The notes beneath the pieces are model-generated. The model saw nothing but the letters and a program-made list of their open reading frames with translations. It did no database searches and was not told the origin of the DNA. A DNA stretch of 63,757 nucleotides, filler included, from Syncephalis fuscata S228 (lineage: Eukaryota; Fungi; Zoopagomycota), in the NCBI GenBank assembly GCA_025786725.1. It is 4 parts of 4 records of this genome, joined end to end, with 100 filler letters (N's around TTAATTAATTAA, not from the genome) between each part and the next. Parts side by side here need not be neighbours in the genome. Positions count along the whole stretch, not along the records: positions 1 to 20,644 come from JAHLTZ010000163.1; 3 more parts are not named here. One strand, 5' to 3'. The stretch's first letter is position 1. The number at the start of each line of letters is the position of its first letter. The position numbers and the translations under genes were made by a program. Shown here piece after piece: positions 1 through 11,152 of the stretch.

Positions 1-2809
1 GGACTGGCTGGTTCTTCCTCGTTGTTGTTAACTTGAATACGACCACCGAATAGTGTTTTGACCTTGGTACCACGTAATATCGTCGGTGCCACTATAATAC
101 ATTTATTATTAATACATTGTATATCAGTTCATATTCAATACTTGCTATAACTATGCGTATTAAATCCTTTAAAGTAGGCATGTGCAATGAGTAAGTAGCC
201 TCGTCGAGTCAATGGATTCTGGCGATGTACAAGAATGTATTGATTTTCTTGATGAACAAATATCTCATTACATCCATCACGGGCCATTTTGGCATGTAAT
301 TGTTGTAATTGTTGTTTTAGCTGGCCAATACCTTCATTAAGTGGGTCGTTTAACAAACGATAATGACGTTGTTCTTGAACGAGGTCAAGTAGCTTGGGGA
401 ATAATTCGTCGTAGCCACGTACACTGCCAGTGGCACAACACGCCATGCTGACAACGGCAGCGTTGGGCAGTGTATCTTCAGTGGTGCGTCGTTGATGAGG
501 TGTCTCGTTATCATGAGTACAGTCCATGAAAATAGCATGTGGTGCTCTGGACTGTACAGGAATGAATAAACACGGCTGCGACTGGCCACTAGCATCGTTG
601 ATAGTGCCTTTAATGGCTCGACATTCCTCGTCAAATGAGCCAATAGGTATACCGCCGTAACGATGTACTAGACGACTAAGTTCACGCACATCGTCAGCTC
701 GCATACTTTCACGCACGAGCGAATGGATACCCAATCGACTAACAAAAGTAATATCAATTTCCTCACTACCAGTAAATAACTCGGCTGTAACATATAGATT
801 GGGGCGGACATTACGTGCCGCGTCTAGAACATGCTCAGCCAGAGGTAGTGGCGTTGAATGGCAGTTATCAAGTCGGAAGCCATGGAAATGGGTGGCCATG
901 AGCTTTGTATATTCAGTCATATGGTCCCAAAGCCATGGATTATCTTCACGGCGATTGCCATAACGTAGTTTTACACAATCTCCCCATACAATAACATCAC
1001 GGCGTAAATAAGCGGATGAATCGGATGAGGCAAAGTCTTGTAAAGGATTGCCACCCCATATCCAGCCGTTATTCGCTAATACACGGGCTTCCTTTGTATG
1101 AACTTGTGTTGTCGTATTTAAAGGTAGCCGTGTAAAGTAGGTGGTAATTAGCGGACTTTCTGCAGAGATAACACCACGATGTGGACCGTCATGCTCAAGA
1201 CGTTCATAGCGAGCCGTATTTGTTACATTAGTAGTAACAGCGGTCATATCTTCATCGTAAGTCTTGTAGAATGGCAAATTGACCACATTAAGAACCTCTT
1301 TCAGCTTGGCACCTGCCTTTTCAACAATATCTTTAGGCCAGCCGGCATCTGGAGCCAGTAGTTGTTCGGTGTAAGTTGTTTTATCAACACATAGAGCAAG
1401 CACAAATGGAATGGCTGCACTCATATTGACCTCCTTGCCAAATCGACGACCAGAATGGTCATTCTGTACAGCTAGCTTTGTAAAAAGCGTTGCCATATCA
1501 GTTGCCGATTGTTGAGCAATGTTATCTGGCAATGGAATTGACGAGACAGAATTTTTTGTCTGTGTCATATGATTATGACATTGCTCAACAGCACGATCAA
1601 TATCGATAATATAGTACTCCCATAGCTTTAATTGGGGTAAAATATTATCACGGACAATTTGCATGACTGCTTGTAAATCATTCTCGCTCTTTAAATCGCC
1701 CGATACATTGTAGACGGTTGATAGGTCGGCAGAAAGCTGTAGCAGTGCCTCATCAAGCTCATAAGCTGGAATCAAATGAGGCGAATTTTCAAGATTGTAT
1801 CCTGTTAAATAGGCGTTATATTAGTATACAGTGTATTAATTCATATAGTTATTATCACTAATACTACTATTTACCTGCTTCTGGATGTTCTTGTAGCCAT
1901 GGACTATTGTCAGCTGTATGGTTTAATACAACATCGGCCACGGCTAATGCACCACTATCCGCCTCAATTTGTTTTAGCGTACGACCTAGCTGCTGCCAGC
2001 GTTCATTAGACGCTGTCATGTCTGGATCATCGGTAAACAAATCGTCCGATAATGATAGTTGGTCATAAATAGAATAGGGCGAATTTGATTGGCCACGCGC
2101 TTGCATCGGTGCATAGTGAATGAGATTGTAGCCGAGTAAGGCGGCATTAGCCATTTGACGCGGCCATTGACTAAGTGAACCAAGCCATTTTGGTATAACA
2201 CTCTGCAAGACAACACCGTCAAGGCCTAGCATTTCTGTCGTTGATGCTGACCGGTGAATGGGCATGACCGGTTCAACGACAAAATAGCCAATCCTTTTTG
2301 TAGCTGTCGGCATATGCACACGTGGTGGCATACGCGTCGGTGATACGTCCAATTCCAGATGATACTGGAAAGCTCCCACATGTCGGTGAATTTTTACATC
2401 CAAGTGTCTGTCCTCGAAAATACCCCCGACAAATCTACAGATGAACTCAAAATAAGTAAACAAAGCGGAAATAACATATTCAAACTTACTTTTGTGAATG
2501 AAACTGGGTGCGTACAAAAGAAGCAGTTCTATAATAAATGGATATAAGCACATTATACATTATATTTGTAAATACTTACTCGTCCACCGGATAGTTTATA
2601 TACAAAGAGGCATGTTCGCCCACGTCGCTGCCCAACGGTAGTATAAAACGAAGTATATACCCAGTAGGACCAGGTGGCGGAAGACGCATGTACTATAGAC
2701 GACCATAGCTGTTATAAGAATAGTATGAACATAATTAATTGATACTTACCTTGAGTGTTGGTAAGCCATCCTGGCTCAGCGGTACCGTATACACATGAAG
2801 TGGTGCCAT
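1..2809 (-). CDS. GDB1: Glycogen debranching enzyme (4-alpha-glucanotransferase/amylo-1,6-glucosidase), multi-exon, 3' end runs off the window start
   Basis: ATG at 2809 (MAPLHVYTVPLSQDG). Motifs GYNLIHYAPMQ, SPYSIYDQL, DVVLNHTA, WGDCVKLRYG, GFRLDNCHSTP, AELFTG and MDCTHDNE are present in ORFs 1867-2553 and 135-1775. GT-AG introns join the pieces. Confidence 0.95.
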
Positions 2810-3162
2810 ACTTCGATATAATTATATAGAAAGCAGAAGAAAGGTGAAAAGTAGAAACAAGTATCGACGCGTCGCCTTTGAGGTGCAACAATGATGGGTC
2901 GCCTTTTAAAGATCCAGAGATAATAACATCGTGGTACTAATAATAATAATTCTTATTTTTTGGGGTAAACTGGCATTTAGAAATTCTTATCGATATCATC
3001 GCTGTGTTACTGAACATGTTCTACGATAATGACTGTCGTGCCAGATAATATCTATTCTTTTCAAATTTACTATTCTACTTAGTAATATGTTTTGTGGTTG
3101 CATTTGTCTTTTGGTATATATATATATATTATAAACATTTTATTATATTTATTAATTAACAA

Positions 3163-3660
3163 TTAGTACATTCTATAATATATCGACATGTGTAGATTAG
3201 CTTTTATTATTTCATACTCCGCTCATTAATAAATTAAACTCATCTGTTTATAAATATTGACTGACAGGCTCACATCTCAGAATCTACGTCATCACATTTC
3301 TCTTTCTCTTTCTTCACGACAACATATATCCATAGCATATATTTGTACACTTTATATATAATATATAGATGGTGCTAGTAGTTGACTGACTACTAGTCAA
3401 GTATATACACTATTTACATTATGTCCTTGCATTGCTCTTTTGTAATCTGACATTTTTTTGTTAATTACTTTCATCACTTTGATCGTTGATATTGGCATTG
3501 TTATTAATATAGCGTATTTCTGACTTCGTTTATGTTATACTGAATATATGCTGTGGAATTCCATTGTATGTTTCTTTTTATTGTGGATTGCAATTACAAG
3601 TCATCTGACAACAGCTTTTGCAAATATGGCGAGTCAATCATACACTGACTTTGGCAATAT
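3163..3660 (+). repeat. Dispersed repeat copy A (diverged inverted copy at ~17440-18005)
   Basis: TTTATAAATATTGACTGACAGGCTCACATCTCAGAATCTACGTCATCACATTTC and ATGTCCTTGCATTGCTCTTTTGTAATCTGAC match the reverse complement of 17.5-18.0 kb. Boundaries are approximate. Confidence 0.8.
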
Positions 3661-4819
3661 ATAGTCATTAAAGCCATTATGCATAATTACTATACACATA
3701 AATAACAACAATAAAGTATATTGTATAATCACCACACTTATACTATCTATTCTATCTACCATGATAATGCCACCATCATATATTTCTATTTTTTTAATTG
3801 AGCTTTATCCATTTATTATCATATATGTCAGTACATTAGCTACTGATTGCACATCATTAATCAAAGCCGTTTATTTATTGCTAGCCGTTTTATTGTAAAT
3901 ATCAATTTATTCAATGCCATGTATATTATAACTGCATCACTAACATTCATATGCTTTTACTGTTATATTGTTTATATTTTAATGCTATATCATTTAGCAT
4001 GCAATGGGTTTTCTTTAGTATTAATGTGTGGGCTTTCATTTGCTTGACTCTTTAATTGCTACTTTTTGATATAATTGTCGCTGTTGCTTTATTATATAAA
4101 AATCAAAACAGTTTTTTATACGTAGCAAGCTATTATCGTTGATACTAACAGAGCTAACTTTATTTCTGGACACGGCCTGGATACAAGCAGATATTCAGGA
4201 TAGTGTAATACTCGTTTGCCAACAGGCAGTAACTATGTATGTTATAGTATCAATTTAGGCTGACAGAGTGTCAATGAAGTAGAGGAATGGAATAATGGTA
4301 TCTCCAAATATCCTGCTATTCCTGAGTCTGGCAAAGCAACTGATATTAAAGAAACTGCCAAAGCCAATGTGGTGCTGTATATGAATAGCAATCAAAAGAG
4401 TATTGGATTAAAACCTGTAAAAAGTAAATGTGACAGTTGATTGGTCATTGCTGTATTGTATAATACCGACGATTACATTTACAGTAGCCAATCTTACTAA
4501 TGATGAAATTATTGATATTTAAATGTAAATCAAATGTAATTATGCACATAACATATTAATCGAATATAATTAATGAAATCATATGTTTATTACTGGATTT
4601 TTGCATGGCTGAATAAACACAGCTAAATGCAAAATTGCCGATAATATAATAATGTCATTAATTAAGAGCTGAATAGACTGGAGCATTGGTTGGAACTCGA
4701 TATGTGAATGAACTGGACTGCAGCTGACAAATGATATTGTTTTTGCTGGATATATACCTAAAGTGTATTGGACTGCCATTCTAGTAACACTGACAATGCT
4801 AATGCCTTTAAAGCATCGG

Positions 4820-7800
4820 TTATCCTATTTAATAAATAATATGTTAAATGTCATATAGTTAACATATCTGCTACTTTTATATAATTACACTTGCCCTTTA
4901 TTGGGTCTAAGTTATTAAGCATTACAATACATAACATATATTTAATACTTGTTTGGTTAATATACAACTCCACTTACTGGCTATTAATATAAATTGTTAA
5001 GCATCCACAGCATATAGCATGTAATTAGTATGTAGTTAGTTAGTATACAATATTATTTACCGCCTATCAGCATAAAGTATTAAATATATCCAAGATGTAG
5101 CATATAATTAGTACATATCCACTTACTGCGTAATTTTACTTACCATCTATTAATACAAATTATTGAACATATAATAATATTGGATTAATGCATAGTTAAT
5201 ATAAAATGTCACTTACGGCCTATCAGTATAGGTTATTAAACACACACAACATATAGCATATAATTAGTACATAGTTAGTTAGTTAATAGATAGTGTCACT
5301 TACCAGCTATTAATACAGATTATTTAGCATGCAATGGTATTTAATTAATGCATAGTTAGTTAATATAAAATATTACTTACGACCTATTAATACAGGTCAT
5401 TAAACATCCACAACGTATATCATGTAATTAATACATATTTGCTAGTATATTATATCACTTACGAGCTATCATTATAGATTATTAAACACCCACAACATAC
5501 AGCATGTAATTAGTACATATCCACTCACTGCATAATTTCACTTACCAACTATTAATACAAATTATTAAGCACAAAGTGTACATTATTTAGTTAGTACACA
5601 GTTGATGGATATGCAATGCCACTTACAAACTATTAATACAAATTATTGAGCATGCAATGGTATTTAATTAATGCATAGTTAGTTGATATAAAATATTACT
5701 TACGACCTATTAATATAAATTATTGAGCACACAGTGTATAGTATTTAGTTAGTACATAGTTGATGGATATGCAATGCCACTTACCAACTATTAATACAAA
5801 TTATTGAGCATGCAATGGTATTTAATTAGTACATAGTTAGTTAATATAAAATATCACTTACCAACTATTAATACAGGTTATTAAGCACACAGTGTATGGT
5901 ATTTAGTTAGTACATAGTTGATGGATATGCAATGTCACTTACGAGCTATTAATACAAATTATTGAGCATGCAATGGTATTTAATTAATGCATAGTTAGTT
6001 AATATAAAATATTACTTACGACCTATTAATACAGGTTATTAAGCACAAAGTGTATAGTATTTAGTTAGTATATAGTTGATGGATATGCAATGTCACTTAC
6101 GAACTATTAATATAAATTATTGAGCATACAATGGTATTTAATTAATGCATAGTTAGTTAATATAAAATATCACTTACCTTCTATCAATACAGGTTATCAA
6201 GCACACACAACATATAATATGTAGTTAGTATACAGTTAGCTAATATAAAATATCACTTACCATCTATCAATACAGGTTATTAACCACCCACAATGTATAG
6301 TATGTAATTAGTATACAGTTAGCCAATATAAAATGTCACTTACGATCTATCAATATAGATTATTAAACACCCACAACGTATAGTATGTAATTAGTATATC
6401 ATTAGTAATATAAAATATCACTTACTATCTATCAATACAGGTTATTGAGTACATATTGTATAGTATGTAGTTAACACATATTTGCTAGTATATGATATTA
6501 CTTACGACCTATTAATCCAGGTTATTAAGCATCCACAATATATAATATGTAGTTAGTACATAGTTGGTTAATATAAATATCACTTACTTTCTATTAATAC
6601 AGGTTATTGAACACATAACGTATAGCATGTAATTAATACATATTTGTTAGTATATTATGTCACTTACTATCTATCAAAATAAATTATTAAACACCCACAA
6701 CATATAGCATGTAGTTAGTACATAGTTAATATAAATGTCACCAGCGTCCCCCAAGCTGAAGGCTCCGGGTTCAAACTGAGGTTTGAGCCAATCCTTAAGT
6801 GGAAAATCCTCCCCCCAGTTTTCTAGCTCAACCAGTTTAAATATTAGGCCGGAACAAGACCTTGGCCAGAATAGCCGAGGAAAACTCAATTGGGACCAAC
6901 TTTAAGAGAATAGTGCTGTATAGCACCATTCAAAAAAAAGATAACCCTCACGTAAAATCTATATGGACCAGATTTTGTGCAAAAACGTGGCAGTCCACCC
7001 GTTAAAAGTTTGGAAAAGTCCAAATATAGTGGGAAGCAACGCAAATTCTTTAATTCTGTGCAGCAGGGGGCTCACAAGCTCTTCAAAATAAAATAATATA
7101 AAATGCCACTTACAATCTAGCAATACAGGTTATTAAGCACATAATGTATAGCATGTGATTAGTATATAATTTATTGATATGCAATGTCACTTACGAGCTA
7201 TCATTATAGATTATTAAACGCCCACAGCATATAGTTAGTACAGACTTGGTTAATATAAAACATCACTCACCAACTATTAATACAAGTTATTAGGCATCCA
7301 TAACGTATAATATGTAATTAGTATATAGTTGGTTAATATAAAAATGTCACTTACAATCTATTAACATAAAGTATTAAACATGTCCAAGATGTAGCATATA
7401 ATTAGTACATATTCACTTACTACATAATTTCACTTACCAACTATTAATACAGGTTATTGAGCACACAGTGTACATTATTTAGTTAGTACATAGTTGATGG
7501 ATATGCAATGCCACTTACTAACTATTAATACAAATTATTGAGCATGCAATGGTATTTAGTTAATGCATAGTGAATATAAAATGTCACTTACGAGCTATCA
7601 GTATAGGTTATTAAACACACACAACATATAGCATGCAATTAGTACATAGTTAATATACAGCATTATTTACCATCTATTAACACAATCATCAAGCACACAC
7701 AGCGCATAGCACATAATTAATGCATAATTGGTCGATATACAATGTCACTTACCGCCTATTAACACAATTATCAAGCACACACGGCGCATAACACATAATT

Positions 7801-8557
7801 AATGCATAGCTAGTTGATATACAGTGTCACTTACGACCTGTTAAAATAGTTACCAAACACACACAGTACATAGCATGTGATTAGTACATAGCTAGTTAAT
7901 ATACAATTTCACTCACGTTCTATCGATACAAATTATTAAACATACATCAGATAGCATGTAGTTAATGTCTAATTGAGTTATAGACTACGTCACTTACCAA
8001 CTGTTTATGTAGATTGTTAAACATGATTTATATTATATGTTAGCGCATAGCTGGTTAGTATATGATGCACTCACGAGCTATCAGAGTTAAATTGGTAAAA
8101 AACAATATTTGATTAAATAAATGAATTATTGTTTTTACCGTAGTTTACCTCCTATTGATGCAAATGCAGCACATTAGTATCATCAATGTAATATTTATTT
8201 ATTGCTTTATGTTAAACCTACTTTTAGCCAATGGCGCTGGTTGACCCATTGTATATTAAAACAATAATTAACCAGCATATCAGTAAATATTTATAATCAA
8301 TACTTACCGACTGTTTATGCGTGTGTTGATTGTGTGTATGGCAATATTCAATAAGTGTTGGAACAATAGTTCATAATCATGGCTTACCGGCTAATACCAT
8401 CATCGGTTAAATATAATGTTAGTAAGCGTATCAAATTCCAAATTTATTGCAAGTAAAACATACCACGACGGATTCGGTTTGGTTTAGCATCCACCATGAC
8501 AGTATTGACCACGAAAGCCACGACGAGGGTGCAGACGACGGCAATAGAAAGCTTCAT
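4820..8557 (-). CDS. Micro-exon gene: 42 exons (38 of 3 nt) encoding a 79-aa secreted pre-pro-peptide MKLSIAVVCTLVVAFVVNTVMVDAKPNRIRRAVAPLAKRALERRDALIDFAHYKSHNHEVRPLVGLFARPGHGANPIKG
   Basis: Exon 1 is 8557-8464 (94 nt, signal peptide, GTATGT donor). On the minus strand each unit then reads YAG-NNN-GT(A/G)A, mostly GTAAGT, with CTAAC/CTAAT branch sites. There is a 15-nt exon at 8236-8222, a 12-nt exon at 4906-4895 (GC donor) and a last exon GA-TAA at 4824-4820. The total of 240 nt = 80 codons has no internal stop. Manual splicing only, no transcript evidence. Confidence 0.85.
4960..8160. repeat. Tandem array of ~73-87-bp units, each one intron plus a 3-nt exon
   Basis: The plus-strand motif CACTTAC-NNN-CTATTAATAC...TTAGT...ATATAAAATRT recurs about every 80 bp. 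Confidence 0.95.
6742..7093. other. 352-nt non-array segment inside one intron of the micro-exon gene; hairpin-rich, possible structured RNA or retroposed insert
   Basis: About 44% GC by my count, against a much more AT-rich array. It has at least six local stem-loops and an A-rich end, and is flanked by TAATATAAATGTCAC (6727-6741) and TAATATAAAATGCCAC (7094-7109). Confidence 0.6.
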
Positions 8558-11152
8558 GATGATATTGATTTGTTGAAACAAACAATTAAAATAGACAATA
8601 AATTGTATTTGGCAGAAAGTAGATAATAGTGAGTATTTGGCAGAAAGTAAATTGTGATGATGATGCTACTAGCTAGCTGTGTGTATTGTGTAGGCTATTT
8701 AAACCCATTATTATGATGGGACAACAACATGCTACGCTGTATAGAATATACCATTGATGTACAATGTGAACCAATGACGATGCATCTACATGGAGACTTG
8801 AAGCATACGTATAAGATCCTATCAATGACATGTAGTGTGCAGCCAAGCCTTTAATTTAGCCTGTCCAGCATTTACACAAATGACACAACAATCTCAACCA
8901 TCCAACACATATTTGGTAGAAATCCATTTATTGATGTGTGCTGTTCTTTTACACACAATTCGGCCATGCGATGCAAATTGCATCTATTGGTTCTAAAGAA
9001 ACAGCAAGGATGTATCGCTGTGATTTTGCTTCAGCTTGCTCGGAGTTACACAGATAAGACGACAATCTCAAGCATCCAGTACACATGGGATAGAAATGTG
9101 CCTATTAATCTCTACTGTGTTGTATCACGCGGTTTGGCTACACAAAACAGAGTCTATTGGTCCTCAGAAATAGTGATGATGCATCGCTGTGCCTTTGCTG
9201 TCGGTTTACAAAAATCTCAATTTCCAATATCTGCATGCACCACAAACAGCGTGTAGCTCACGAGATATCGCACTGATGTTGGGCAGCCTTTTTGGATTCT
9301 TTTGTACCAAATCAAAGCTAGTCAGTTGAGCCAGCAAACTGTATTTTATCTACTTACAAATAGCTGCAATCCTTCTTAATAGCTAGTAAATAAGAATTTC
9401 TTACTCAAACAGCGCATAACAGCAGCATCAATGCATTGGGTTTGTATTTCTTTAATATATTTACCATCATGCATAAACTAGTTATGGCTTTTTGTGTCAT
9501 GAAAATATATCGTTTGGTTCGTACATGCGTTCAATTTAGCACTGCGGCTTGGTTACAAAAATGAGCAGTTTCTTTTTAGCACAGTGCTACTATATGTTGA
9601 TACAGGCTGTGTTGTTATTCATGAAATACTTTTATTAATTATTGACTGTTAAGCGAATGCATTTTAATAGTAAACAATGTGCTCAGCTACTTATGTCGCT
9701 GGCTACCTGACATTGAAATAGTAAAGCCAACTAAATGGTATGCAGCTATATGTACAGATATCAAGGCTATGTCTATCAAATTGCCCTAGTCTGATATGTT
9801 CAGCTTTAATTGTGTAACATCAGTGCATGATACATCAAGTAGTAGCAATTCTACCGTGCACATGACTTACACAGTAACAGCTTGATTAAAATAACAGGCC
9901 TGCAATTTGAAATCTGGATTAGAGGCTAGGCATTTGAATTGTATTTTTGCATCCTGCAACCCAACACTAGTGGTAAATTGTGCAACTTGTAACCATTTTG
10001 GTGATATTGTCCACTAATTGCAATATTTGCTGTCTGTTTTTCTTTATACTTCTGCGCATCAAACGTCATTTCCTAAATAATATGGAAACGAGCAATATTC
10101 AAATACAATTTAGTTATTTAGTTGGTATTATAGCGTATATGGCCATATGTATTAGTCCCAGCCACTGAGTGTTATCGATAACTAATGGCTAATTACTGTG
10201 CTTACTGCTCTTTATCAGTACTACATCGATGTCTAATATTACATTTGTGGTTTGTCTGTATTAACATACTAGTTTTATGTTTTTTAAAAAAGTTGTAAAA
10301 AGCAATAGTCAAGCAGAAAATAAGTATAAGTATTTGAGGCAATAAAAAAAGAAAGCTTATTGCGTAATAGTTTCCGTCATAAACAATAAAATTTTATGCT
10401 AAAAAAGCAACCAAATAACAGATATAAAGTGCAGATGAATATTTAGTAAATAATACTGTAAATATGAATAAAAAGCAAGAGAGAGATGTCTTTGTTGCGT
10501 AGACTACTAATTAAATAAAACTAAGCTTTTACTTAAATTTCTCAATTTTAACAATATAAAGTCGAACTACCACCTAAAAATGCAGTATCCCATATATTTT
10601 GAGACCACCTGTCATTGCAATTTCAAGTTCTGTCTTTTGTATCTTCTTGTTAATAGTTGGCACTTATTCTTGCCTTTCTTTCACCTATCTGCATATCGGG
10701 CTCTAATATTTCTCTTGCCTTAATATTATATTTATGTATTTTATATAATTATTAATTATTAGTATTTAATGGTATTTTATTTACTTGACAAGTAATAACC
10801 ATTAAATAACAACGATATCATTAATGTTAATAATGCAAGCATTTAGGACATGTCTATATTCACTTATTCATTCTCTCTTCATGTTATCAATAAACTAACT
10901 TCTTCTAGTAAATGGCTAATATGGACTAGACATCATTATGTAACACGCGATGCTGCTTTACTGATAAGCCATAGCTATATTCACCTTTATAAATTTCTTA
11001 TATATGATTATTAAAAGTTTTAATCAATGGCAATGATTATTTTTATTTTATATAAAGTGTATTAATGTTATTACTACTATTACTAGAACAAATGACGCTC
11101 ATTACAATGATTTGCGTTTACAGCAAAGTAAAAAGATAATCTTATTTTACAT

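Noticed and set aside
4150-4800. Coding-like stretch (SVNEVEEWNNGISKYPAIPESG..)
   Set aside because: Short, interrupted by stops, and no family recognised. It may be a decayed gene but I cannot support a call.
6674-6889. 71-aa ORF overlapping the insert
   Set aside because: TTG start, a stop five codons upstream, runs into intron sequence, and has no recognisable motif.
4960-8160. CRISPR array or plain satellite
   Set aside because: The variable part is only 3 nt, the constant part consists of splice signals, the context is eukaryotic, and no cas genes are present. It is better explained as an intron/micro-exon chain.
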